Source: Bdellovibrionota bacterium (GTDB lineage: Bacteria > Bdellovibrionota > UBA2428). Taken from it: a DNA stretch of 64,000 nt. Shown here in pieces: positions 8,386 to 16,435 of the stretch (the stretch's first letter is position 1; every line of letters starts with the position of its first letter). Location of the stretch: contig CAXNEW010000001.1 in assembly GCA_964201665.1 (NCBI GenBank), positions 2,623-66,622 of the forward strand, in the 5' to 3' direction. The position numbers and the translations under genes were made by a program. The notes under the pieces are model-generated. The model was not told the origin of the DNA. It made no database searches and saw only the letters and a list, made by a program, of their open reading frames with translations.

Positions 8386-8925
8386 CTACTTTAATTGAAA
8401 AAAATATTTTCGAATCGATTTTGGCCAGTCTGGAACATCATAGGTATCAATGAGTTTGCCCCCATTCTTTTCAAGAACCCCGATGGAACCAAGATTATCG
8501 GTATCACATGTCACGACAACTTCTGTCGTTCCTCGCCTCTTGATTTCTCTGAGCCCAAGTCTAAATGCCTCGCTCGCAATTCCCTGCTTCCGATAATCAG
8601 GTCGAATCTCAAATCCAAAGTGACCACCTAGTTGTTCTAATTCGGGAGTTAATTTAGGGCGAAGGGTGAGTTTTCCAACTGCGGTTTCTCCATCGCACAC
8701 GATCCAGTAGGTGATCTGAGCGACACGACCTTCAATAACATCTGTCCATTCTCGTTCTCGACGAGCCCAATCGAGATAGAGTTGAAAGTTTTTAAGCCAT
8801 TCCCAATTGATTGGGCGCAAAGGATCTTCTTTTTGAAAATCCTTTAGACATTCAATGTAACTCTCCCTCAACTCCCATGAAGGGAACTCCAATGTCACCT
8901 TATGTCGGCATGTGGTTTTGGCCAT
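8386..8925 (-). CDS. GNAT-family N-acetyltransferase
   Basis: ..FGFEIRPDYRKQGIASEAFRLGL.. matches the acetyl-CoA-binding R/Q-x-x-G-x-A/G motif, and the protein has typical GNAT length. Confidence 0.7.
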   Translation of the reverse strand: MAKTTCRHKVTLEFPSWELRESYIECLKDFQKEDPLRPINWEWLKNFQLYLDWARREREWTDVIEGRVAQITYWIVCDGETAVGKLTLRPKLTPELEQLGGHFGFEIRPDYRKQGIASEAFRLGLREIKRRGTTEVVVTCDTDNLGSIGVLEKNGGKLIDTYDVPDWPKSIRKYFFQLK

Positions 8926-8944
8926 AACAGTATTTTACGACAGT

Positions 8945-8980
8945 TCAAATCTTGGGCAATCAACCTAATTGTTTCATACC
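8945..8980 (+). repeat. Truncated E-element, left part only
   Basis: caaatcttgggcaatcaacctaattgtttcatacc parallels caagacttgataaataattgtttcatacc at 11675-11703. The 14 nt aattgtttcatacc are identical. Confidence 0.5.
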
Positions 8981-8994
8981 GAAGTTCGGCTCTT

Positions 8995-9297
8995 CTAGCC
9001 GACTTTGAGTTTTAAGGATGGGTTGATCTTTTCGTAGAGCGAGATCAGCCTGTCCGTGGAGAACTCCTCCGTACGGTTTCTGAGAATTTTGCTGACCTTG
9101 CCTTCGTCGATTCCAAGAATCTTAGCGAGTTCGCGCTGGTTGATCTTTTCAGTCAGCACATAGCTCACAAATTTCTGCTGGATATCGTGACGAAACTTCT
9201 CAAGAGGAGTTGGGTTTGCGGGAAGTGCACGTGTACCCTCGACCTTCTCGAGTTTTTTCAAAACTTGTTTAATCTCACGACTCTTAGGAAATCCCAT
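8995..9297 (-). CDS. XRE-family HTH protein (antitoxin-like, with no adjacent toxin)
   Basis: C-terminal HTH ..INQRELAKILGIDEGKVSKILRNRTEEFSTDRLISLYEKI.. About 220 bp of non-coding DNA lies upstream where a partner gene would be expected. Confidence 0.6.
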   Translation of the reverse strand: MGFPKSREIKQVLKKLEKVEGTRALPANPTPLEKFRHDIQQKFVSYVLTEKINQRELAKILGIDEGKVSKILRNRTEEFSTDRLISLYEKINPSLKLKVG

Positions 9298-9520
9298 TAT
9301 TTCTTCCTCCGGTAAGCGTTAATCAGGCCCGGGATACTCGCGGCGATTCAATCGCAAACCGGAATAGCAAAACTTACCAAATATGGCAAGCTTTATCTTG
9401 ACTCCCCCATTTGCCCGTTAAGCCTGCTGTCGCGCAAGTGCGGGGACTCTTAGCCATATCGTTTGTGGGTAATGCCTGAATTTGTAAACGGCTGTAATTC
9501 AGAAACCAAGGAGTATTAAA

Positions 9521-9931
9521 TCATTTCTTTAAAAAAGGTTTCCTCCAATAATATGGCGACGCTTGTGAAAGTTTGATCCAGTTACATTTCGTGGAATCAG
9601 TTTCATCAGGGACACCTACGGTTACATCTCCGCCCCACGAATAAAGTCGTTCCTGACATACTCCACAAGGAGACAAGATATGATACTTTAAATCTTCACC
9701 TCGACTCACGCATACACTTGCTATGACTGATTGATCTCGCTTGTAAGCCTCACAAATTGCTCCGGTTTCATGACATAAAGAAACTGATTCACTTTCTACG
9801 CGTGGAGAAGTTGAAATTAGAAATTCCCCATTTTTCAATAGAAGAGCGGCCGCCCCTTGCCATGGAGTCGGTGGAAATCTTTTTTCAATAAATTCAATTG
9901 CCTCATGAACGAGGATATCTAGGCTCGTCAT
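9521..9931 (-). CDS. Cytidine-deaminase-fold protein resembling blasticidin-S deaminase
   Basis: Zinc motifs ..SLCHETGAI.. (C/H-A-E type) and ..ILSPCGVCQERL.. (PCGxC). The size (136 aa) and the C-terminal ..SPYYW.. parallel BSD. Confidence 0.6.
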   Translation of the reverse strand: MTSLDILVHEAIEFIEKRFPPTPWQGAAALLLKNGEFLISTSPRVESESVSLCHETGAICEAYKRDQSVIASVCVSRGEDLKYHILSPCGVCQERLYSWGGDVTVGVPDETDSTKCNWIKLSQASPYYWRKPFLKK

Positions 9932-9974
9932 GATCTAGAACATAATAGAGGTCGTTAAAGGTGGCGATCAGCCC

Positions 9975-10052
9975 AACAGTTTCACATAAATCTTTTTCAT
10001 AAAAACTTACTTAAATTCTAAACACACGGTTCGAAAGTCCCACCGAGGGATA
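9975..10052 (+). repeat. E-element, copy 2
   Basis: aacagtttcacataaatctttttcataaaaacttacttaaattctaaacacacggttcgaaagtcccaccgagggata. It is preceded by aaaggtggcga, a weak echo of the tRNA-end repeat. Confidence 0.7.
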
Positions 10053-10055
10053 CAT

Positions 10056-10424
10056 CTACGCTGCCAGATCCAATTCAAAACCTGAGAACCTCGAAAGAGG
10101 CACAAGTCCTTTTCGTCCGGTACCAGCATTTTTCAACTCAATAAGACCTATATCCACAAGAAGCTTCACATCAGTGTGCACATTTTTGAAATCCTTACCC
10201 AATATTTTAGCAAGCTCATAAATCGATTGGGGCTTCTCATGAATTACAGCACGAAGAATTTCCATTCGATTTTTCGAGAAAATTCGAGCAACAGCCTCCA
10301 GATTCGCAAAGATGATCTCATCATCTTTCTGGATTGATTTCCTTTTGCCTACCAAAGCTTCTTTCCATTCGCGTTTTACATTTTCCAATGACTTTACGAC
10401 AATTTTTGCGTGGTTTTTTTTCAT
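10056..10424 (-). CDS. Winged-helix DNA-binding protein, TumA-like antitoxin candidate
   Basis: ..MEILRAVIHEKPQSIYELAKILGKDFKNVHTDVKLLVDIGLIEL.. is a wHTH. There is a 4-nt overlap with the upstream small gene. Confidence 0.5.
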   Translation of the reverse strand: MKKNHAKIVVKSLENVKREWKEALVGKRKSIQKDDEIIFANLEAVARIFSKNRMEILRAVIHEKPQSIYELAKILGKDFKNVHTDVKLLVDIGLIELKNAGTGRKGLVPLSRFSGFELDLAA

Positions 10425-10759
10425 ACTAAAAATCCTTCTTTTTTTGCCAAAAACCAGAATTCATCGATCAACTCAGAATCCCCCAGATATTCATAAGGTT
10501 CTTCTTGAGAATTTCGGTGCAGATGTGGCCCTTTGGGTTTGTGATTATCGAATCCAAAAATCACAACTCCATTTTCCTTCCAAACAAGATAAAGAGAATA
10601 CTTTTTACCTTCAGGATAATGAACCGAGGCCGGAACGCTCCAAATCTTTAGCTCTGCTATTGCGATCTCTTCGCTATTTCTATGCAACAACTGGATTTTG
10701 GAGTGATAAAGCAGCGAAGCTTTAGTTCGCATTGCAGCCATATATGGTAAATATAACAT
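10421..10759 (-). CDS. DUF6516/TumE-like toxin candidate
   Basis: ..KYSLYLVWKENGVVIFGFDNHKPKGPHLH.. matches my recollection of the DUF6516 core (..gyDN....G.H.H). It is paired with a wHTH gene. The start could be one of the internal Met codons. Confidence 0.45.
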   Translation of the reverse strand: MLYLPYMAAMRTKASLLYHSKIQLLHRNSEEIAIAELKIWSVPASVHYPEGKKYSLYLVWKENGVVIFGFDNHKPKGPHLHRNSQEEPYEYLGDSELIDEFWFLAKKEGFLV

Positions 10760-10774
10760 ATATAAAGGAAAGAT

Positions 10775-10942
10775 CTAGCAGCTTGCTGAAAAACTCCTGT
10801 ATGCCAGTTCCCGAGCGAAATTTTCGAGATTGCGACGGACCGACGACGGGCTATACGGAGTTATAACCCTAGGAGGTCCAACAAAAATCTCGGAAATTGC
10901 AGCCGGGAAATGGCGTGCAGGAGTTTTTCAGCAAGCTGCTAG
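10775..10942. mobile_element. MITE-like 168-bp palindromic element with perfect 25-bp terminal inverted repeats
   Basis: ctagcagcttgctgaaaaactcctg (10775-10799) is the exact reverse complement of 10918-10942. The interior is itself an imperfect palindrome (gccagttcccgagcgaaattttcgagatt vs the reverse complement gccatttcccggctgcaatttccgagattt). The outermost CTAG could instead be a palindromic target duplication. Confidence 0.6.
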
Positions 10943-11033
10943 TGTAGTGATTGAAATTCTCTTCTAAGGTCTTTAACCAAGGGTTTTTAGCCCTTGTTAG
11001 GAAGTCCAAAGACGGGATATTTTAATACATAAC

Positions 11034-11684
11034 ATGAAAACTATTGAGTTCTACTTCGATGTAGTCAGCCCCTATTCCTGGCTCGCCTTTCATAGAATCC
11101 ACACAGCGTTACCGTCTGCCAATTGGAACTATCGCTCGATACCCGTACTCTTCGCTCGTTTACTTGATCATCACAAAAAATTGGGACCAGCCGAAATTCC
11201 AGAAAAGAGACGTTATGTTTTTAAAGACGTGATTAGAATTGCTCACAGACTCCAGAAAAAATTTGTAGGACCGCCTTCTCATCCCTTTAATCCACTCCTT
11301 CCCCTCCGAGTGATCTGTGCAACCCCTGAGCGGGATCGCAATGAGGTGGGATTTTCTTTAATTGATGGTGCTTGGGGCAAAGGAATCGACATTTCCACAG
11401 AGCAAGGCGTAAGGGCCGCGTTGGAACACCTCGGTCTCGATCTGGATGCTATTCTTTCCAATTCTCTATCCGAGCAGACAAAGCAAATACTTAAACAAAA
11501 CACTGAGACAGCCATCAACAAAGGAGTTGATGGCGTTCCAACTTTTTTTGTCGAACACGAAATGTTTTTTGGCCAAGACCGATTTGAAGATGTTTTATAT
11601 TGTGCCGAAGGAAGGCTAAAAGTTGACGAATCTTTTGTAAATGAAGTTCTCAGTCGCCCCTCGTCCGCCATCCGCAAGACTTGA
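11034..11684 (+). CDS. DsbA-family 2-hydroxychromene-2-carboxylate isomerase-like protein
   Basis: N-terminus MKTIEFYFDVVSPYSWLAF and C-terminal ..GVDGVPTFFV...FFGQDR.. are typical of the HCCA isomerase/DsbA_FrnE group. Confidence 0.7.
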   Translation: MKTIEFYFDVVSPYSWLAFHRIHTALPSANWNYRSIPVLFARLLDHHKKLGPAEIPEKRRYVFKDVIRIAHRLQKKFVGPPSHPFNPLLPLRVICATPERDRNEVGFSLIDGAWGKGIDISTEQGVRAALEHLGLDLDAILSNSLSEQTKQILKQNTETAINKGVDGVPTFFVEHEMFFGQDRFEDVLYCAEGRLKVDESFVNEVLSRPSSAIRKT

Positions 11685-11689
11685 TAAAT

Positions 11690-11817
11690 AATTGTTTCAT
11701 ACCAGTCTTTGTCATGAAACTTTTTTAAACTTTTGACATACGGCTCGAATATCAGCTTAGCAAAAACAGCGGGGCCCCAAGGTGGCTGCCCCACTCAAAG
11801 CAAATGAAGATCAGTTA
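11690..11817 (+). repeat. E-element copy 3 (11690-11755) followed by a degenerate tRNA-3'-end copy with flank (11770-11817)
   Basis: aattgtttcataccagtctttgtcatgaaacttttttaaacttttgacatacggctcgaat. Next, cggggc-cccaaggtggctgccccact compares with cggggcggcccagctgggtgcgccact at about 15 of 20 positions in the core. Finally, gcaaatgaagatca is identical (14 of 14) to the flank of the third perfect copy near 5252. Confidence 0.65.
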
Positions 11818-12348
11818 TTAGCTTTTGTTGCGCACTTTAAAAATAACGACCGCTTTAGATGGCGAACCGCCTGATTTGATTAGCGCAAAATCTGGTCGGG
11901 CTAAGGTGCCTGATTCTTTTTTAGCAAAAACGGCGTCCAACTCGGCTTCAGAGCTATGAAGGTAGCGTCCAACCCAATTGGAATTTTCGGCCATGTTGTA
12001 CTCGTGAATATATTTCATTTGCCCAACGCTTGCTTTCAAGTCTTGTTTAATTGTATCCAACCGTCTGTCGGCCAAAGTTCGGTCTGCCTTGGGCAAATCT
12101 CCAGTTACCATGTGATCTTTGTCAGACCAGGCAGCAACTTCAATTTTTGTAATTTTTCCTTTGGCTTTTGCGTCGGCTATCGCTTTGTTCAAGGTCGTTA
12201 AATTCGTCGAATTTAGATTAGAAGCCCCCTGGTCAAAACTCAAAATAACACTTTCAAATTCTTCCACTGGGGGGAGATTCTCTTTGCCCTGCCCAAATGT
12301 GTTTAAACTTATCAACGTTACAACGAGACCAAATTTTTTCATTTTCAT
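11818..12348 (-). CDS. Secreted hypothetical protein
   Basis: An internal ATG gives the signal peptide MKMKKFGLVVTLISLNTFGQ. There is weak OmpA_C-like wording (..ADRTLADRRLDTIKQDL..). Confidence 0.4.
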   Translation of the reverse strand: MKMKKFGLVVTLISLNTFGQGKENLPPVEEFESVILSFDQGASNLNSTNLTTLNKAIADAKAKGKITKIEVAAWSDKDHMVTGDLPKADRTLADRRLDTIKQDLKASVGQMKYIHEYNMAENSNWVGRYLHSSEAELDAVFAKKESGTLARPDFALIKSGGSPSKAVVIFKVRNKS

Positions 12349-12444
12349 AATTTTTTCCTTTTCCGAATTTTCCGAAAACATCGGTGGTTTGTTTTTTTTA
12401 AGTAACAACAAGCACGCCTCACAAAATACGGCGCGCCTGTAACT

Positions 12445-13101
12445 CTAGTTTGGCGAAATATTTAAATTGTTTTCTACGCTGGTGATTCCGGGTGCGCAGT
12501 AGGCTGCCCAAAGAGCATCGTTTTTTTCTGCCATAGAATGAACACTGCCATTGAGAGTGACTCTGCCCCCATCAACAGCCACATCTATTCCCTTGCTATC
12601 TGTATCGGCAGAACGTTTGAAAGCGGCTTCAATTCGAGTTTTAATATCAGCGGGCTGAACACTCGATTTAAGTTCGATTTCATTGTTAACATTGCTCACG
12701 CCCATCAAGGACTTAACACAATTTTTCGCTGCTTCTTTTTGGTAGGCCCATTCAACTTGGCCTCGAAGGGTTACGTTCCCTTCAGACACCGAAACTTTAA
12801 TGCCTTCAGGCACTTCCCAGTGCCATTTCAAAGCATTTATTGCTGCCTCTGCAATGTCGGTGTCCGTTCGTTTAAACGAAAAATTTAAGAAGTGAACTTT
12901 GATTTCGTTGGTAACGGCCCTAACACCCGCAACCCTTTGGGCAGCCTCTTCGGCAGCAGTTTTTTGAACATAGTGTGCAGTTGTTCCATTTAGTGAAACA
13001 ATGCCCTCTTTTACGGTAACCCCAATTTCAGATGCTGTTGTACGAGCATCCCACTTAAGTTCTTCCCGAACATCTTGTTGAATTTGATTGTCAGTTTTCA
13101 T
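12445..13101 (-). CDS. BON-domain (OsmY-like) protein
   Basis: Three repeats of ..V.V.V..G.V.L.G.V......A...A....GV..V.N.I.V.. are present. Confidence 0.7.
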   Translation of the reverse strand: MKTDNQIQQDVREELKWDARTTASEIGVTVKEGIVSLNGTTAHYVQKTAAEEAAQRVAGVRAVTNEIKVHFLNFSFKRTDTDIAEAAINALKWHWEVPEGIKVSVSEGNVTLRGQVEWAYQKEAAKNCVKSLMGVSNVNNEIELKSSVQPADIKTRIEAAFKRSADTDSKGIDVAVDGGRVTLNGSVHSMAEKNDALWAAYCAPGITSVENNLNISPN

Positions 13102-13278
13102 TGTTTTTTCCTTTTTTCCTGTTGCAAAAGAGAACCTCGATTGCCTTTTTTTTAACCGAACCTATTGAAGTAGACCTTTAAACACCCGCAATGCCCCTAG
13201 CGAAAATACAAAATTTCGATCTAACGAATAGCTTTTAGTTATGTATCGAGGGCTGTTTCTCGTGATTACCAAAGTAAA

Positions 13279-14100
13279 TTAATCCGATTTTCTTAGGCCA
13301 AAAAAATCAATTCCGTAGGCATAGGTTTCTTCCTCACCGGTGGACTCCCTTACGACCTTCCTAATTTTTTCTATGGCTTGGGTGAGTATTTCTCGTGCCT
13401 TACCAACGGCCTCTGGATTGATCGTAATCGTAGACGAAAAGTGAAGTCCCTCATTGGTGTTTCTAATTTCCTGCAAGGCCTTTAAGCGCCAGTTTCGGTG
13501 GTGTTGAGACACGAACAGGGAGCCATCAGCTAGATGTACATTCACGGAGCCCGCGAAATATCGATCTCCCCTCTTTTCGGCAAAACCGCCTCGGACTAAA
13601 GAATCCAAAGTACTCCTAACAATTTTAGAACTCAGACCGAAGTAGCTAGCAATATCAGGAATTCGCTGAAGTTTAGGATTAAACAAAGACACATGAATGG
13701 CGCTAGGGGCCCAATCTGAATAATAATTAATTTTTTGTAGCTCATCGATCTGGGATTCAAATTTCAATCTTTTTCCCAGATGATTGAATTCTTGGCGAGC
13801 TGACTGAAGCTGGTTTAGAAAAATTTTTCTTAGCGAAGGCGTTCCTGCTCGTGCCAAATGAACCATCAACAAAAAATAGTTATGTTCAGCATCTGACAAA
13901 CTCATCCTTTGTCCTATTGAATCAGCCTGCTCTAAGTTTAAATGAGCCGCTCCGCCTAAAACCTGACTCAAATAGGCTGCATTACACCGGGCCGCAGAAG
14001 AAAGCTTCGCCTTCCACCCGTAGCCCTTGTTGGGCTGGCACTCTAACCAACTTTTAAGGAATTTTTTATAATCTTCGAAATCTGAAATATTGATTTCCAT
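13279..14100 (-). CDS. TIGR02147/DUF4423-family protein
   Basis: MEINISDFEDYKKFLKSWLE...GYGWKAKLSSAARCNAAYLSQVL matches my memory of this Fibrobacter/Bdellovibrio-expanded family. ATG 14100 is preferred over TTG 14127. Confidence 0.5.
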   Translation of the reverse strand: MEINISDFEDYKKFLKSWLECQPNKGYGWKAKLSSAARCNAAYLSQVLGGAAHLNLEQADSIGQRMSLSDAEHNYFLLMVHLARAGTPSLRKIFLNQLQSARQEFNHLGKRLKFESQIDELQKINYYSDWAPSAIHVSLFNPKLQRIPDIASYFGLSSKIVRSTLDSLVRGGFAEKRGDRYFAGSVNVHLADGSLFVSQHHRNWRLKALQEIRNTNEGLHFSSTITINPEAVGKAREILTQAIEKIRKVVRESTGEEETYAYGIDFFGLRKSD

Positions 14101-14205
14101 TACTTTTTCTTTAGTTTGGCTTAACAAAAAGCTAAAGAATTAATTAATAATAAAGTGACTGATTTGGGGGAGTGGGATTTACTTTTCCTCAGGAGGAAAT
14201 AAAAA

Positions 14206-15345
14206 ATGAAGCTATTTGAAGGGACTTTTTTTAAAACAATGAGTGGTGTTATTGGGAATAGGGCGATGGTATTTTTATTGGCTGCCCCGGTTTTCGGACA
14301 CGCCGGAAATGAAAGCAGTGGGGGCGGAAATGCAATTGTCTGTTTTAACTCCAAAGAAATTCCTGTAGAGGTGCGAGCAAACAAAGGAAAAGTTCAAGAC
14401 AGCCATATTGAAAAAATAACTTCCATTGAGATGCTTGACCTTTGGGAACTCAAAAAACTTGGAGACATTGATTCCGACCTAACCCACCCTTGGATTGACA
14501 TTAAGGAAAACGAAAATCCAACAGCCTTTGCGTTACGAGTTATTTCAAGAGTTCAGAAAGTTTTTCCAACGCTTTACGATGGGCTCCTTGTATCACGTCA
14601 AAAACTCTCCCTTGATCAAGCCATTCGAGCCGAACATGGATTGGGACCCATTGATGATCATGACATGAAGGCCCTTATTGATCACGAAAACTGTGTTGTT
14701 GCTACGGTTTTACGCGCCGACGACATGGGCCAAGCAGCCGAATTGCATTTTGATCCACGACTTTTCAATCACGCGCTCCATAGTCCCTTAAGCAAAGGAA
14801 TCGGAGTTTTACACGAAATAATTTATAAATTCGGGCGAAGTTTTAATCACAAGACTTCTTTGAATTCCCGCAGACTCCTAAGGTCCTTTATGCTGCAAAA
14901 AACAACCTATTGGGATTTCCTTGAAACGGCCCGAAACAATTTTTTTGATTTCGAGTTTATAACTTCTAATTATACAAATCTTGTTTATGTAAATAGCGAC
15001 TATTACAATTCTGGACATCCTTGGAGACGAAAAATCACTAGAACCTGGTCATATCCTTCCCCATACAATCAACCCACGTGGGAGGTACCAGACCAAATCG
15101 GGCACACCTTGAATCATTTTTCAGCAGTTCTTTCTAAAGCCGATCCCCATCAACGAGTTTCAATTTTTAAAAATGAACTCAGCCCAGAACTAGATCGACT
15201 TACATACCTCTCGGAGGCTCAAAGAAATACAATTAAGTCCCGGATTGTAAAATTTTTGGGCTTAACACTCGAATATGAGGTGGTGGCCTTTGATGGATTT
15301 AGTCTTAATTTTGAATCAGGTTTCCCTCCCTTGCCCATAAACTAA
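14206..15345 (+). CDS. Secreted hypothetical protein
   Basis: The ORF is long and has no competing overlapping ORF. The N-terminus has a hydrophobic signal-like segment (..AMVFLLAAPVFGHAG). No family recognised. Confidence 0.4.
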   Translation: MKLFEGTFFKTMSGVIGNRAMVFLLAAPVFGHAGNESSGGGNAIVCFNSKEIPVEVRANKGKVQDSHIEKITSIEMLDLWELKKLGDIDSDLTHPWIDIKENENPTAFALRVISRVQKVFPTLYDGLLVSRQKLSLDQAIRAEHGLGPIDDHDMKALIDHENCVVATVLRADDMGQAAELHFDPRLFNHALHSPLSKGIGVLHEIIYKFGRSFNHKTSLNSRRLLRSFMLQKTTYWDFLETARNNFFDFEFITSNYTNLVYVNSDYYNSGHPWRRKITRTWSYPSPYNQPTWEVPDQIGHTLNHFSAVLSKADPHQRVSIFKNELSPELDRLTYLSEAQRNTIKSRIVKFLGLTLEYEVVAFDGFSLNFESGFPPLPIN

Positions 15346-15362
15346 ACTTAAAAGCTGACCCG

Positions 15363-15394
15363 CCCCGGGAAAAATTTTAGAATTTTTCCCGGGG
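15363..15394. terminator. Perfect 14-bp stem / 4-nt loop hairpin downstream of the 14206-15345 gene
   Basis: ccccgggaaaaatt-ttag-aatttttcccgggg. No clean U-tract follows on either strand, so intrinsic-terminator function is plausible but unproven. Confidence 0.45.
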
Positions 15395-15604
15395 GTGTAA
15401 AGTCATTCCGTTTGTCCCCTTAGACTCAATGAAAATTCCTTTTCAAATTTTGATCCAAGAAAATCTGAGAATGCTTTGGTGGAAGTTTTGGTCGGGGTCG
15501 CTCTCAAGACCGTGAGCAACTATCTTGACCACCTAAATCCCACGCCTATAGACGCCGCCTTCAGTGCCGAATCCTAGGGCGTGTCATCATCAAGTCGAAA
15601 ATCT

Positions 15605-16426
15605 TCAGTCCAGCAGTCCTAGGGTTGCAATAAACTGGAGCAGAAAACCTGAAGTTTTGTCGGCAACTAAAGACCCGTTTTGAGCAGAACCCGACGTCGA
15701 GTAGAATTGAAGCAGTACTATCGGATAAAAGCGGTCCGCCGTTTCAGGCAGTGCCAATTGAAGGCCAGCTGCAACATAACTCAGGCCGCCACTTCCAGAG
15801 TTCGCACCATACATGTACTGATTATGGGCCTTACTGCCAAATCCTAGAGAAATAACAGCATTGGGTTCTAGAAGCGTTTGGGCCCAGGGTTCTCGATAAG
15901 AAAAAAGACGGGTTTTGGAAACCAGCTCAAAAAACTGGCCGTGATGAGTCGCGACATCTTGGGAAAAATTGAGGTCTAGTTCGGCTGCGTAAGTGCTTGT
16001 GTAGCTAGGCAAAAATAACTCCAAACTTGCGGCAAATTCATAGGTGTCTTGCCTCGAATTCGGCGCGCCCAATCGACTTACTTTCTTAGGAAACAAGGGA
16101 TCATCCGAGATTGCGACGATTCGCGCGCGAGCACGAATCGTTTTCTCGTAAATAAAATCTCGATACCCTACCGAGTCTCCAAGAAATTCAAAGCGATCAT
16201 CGAACAAGAAAATTCCCAAAACAGGGTCGAGTTGAAAATAGTCATACATCGTTGCGCCACGTTTCGTAAGTACGGACGAATATCTGGTGCCAAGATTGAT
16301 ACTACTTAGGATACCCAAATTCCATGGCCCTTCTTTTTGTGAAGGCGACGCTACGATCGGCTCTTCTGCAAACGATTGAATTGAAAATGCCAAAGTGAAA
16401 ACAGTTAAAATATATTGATACTTCAT
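15605..16426 (-). CDS. MipA/OmpV-family outer-membrane protein
   Basis: Signal peptide ..AFSIQSFAEE, beta-strand-rich composition, and ..HNQYMYGA.. comparable to the MipA ..N.YYYGV.. motif. Confidence 0.5.
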   Translation of the reverse strand: MKYQYILTVFTLAFSIQSFAEEPIVASPSQKEGPWNLGILSSINLGTRYSSVLTKRGATMYDYFQLDPVLGIFLFDDRFEFLGDSVGYRDFIYEKTIRARARIVAISDDPLFPKKVSRLGAPNSRQDTYEFAASLELFLPSYTSTYAAELDLNFSQDVATHHGQFFELVSKTRLFSYREPWAQTLLEPNAVISLGFGSKAHNQYMYGANSGSGGLSYVAAGLQLALPETADRFYPIVLLQFYSTSGSAQNGSLVADKTSGFLLQFIATLGLLD

Positions 16427-16435
16427 GGTCAGCTC

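Noticed and set aside
9298-9520. A missing toxin gene or small RNA in the 220-bp gap upstream of the XRE HTH gene, including the near-palindrome cttaccaaatatggcaag.
   Set aside because: Only tiny ORFs of 27 aa or fewer are present, and none resembles RelE/HigB. The near-palindrome may be an operator, but the evidence is too thin to call a feature.
11279-11794. A 171-aa ORF on the minus strand, antisense to the DsbA-like gene.
   Set aside because: It is fully antisense to a gene with clear family motifs and has a low-complexity Ser/Arg/Pro-rich translation. It also extends across the E-element, so it is a shadow ORF.
7446-11817. A classical integron cassette array or CALIN, with the E-elements as attC sites.
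   Set aside because: The elements are not full-length imperfect palindromes. I could not find RYYYAAC/GTTRRRY core sites at their ends, and no intI is present in the window. The cassette-like organisation is retained as a finding, but not as an integron.
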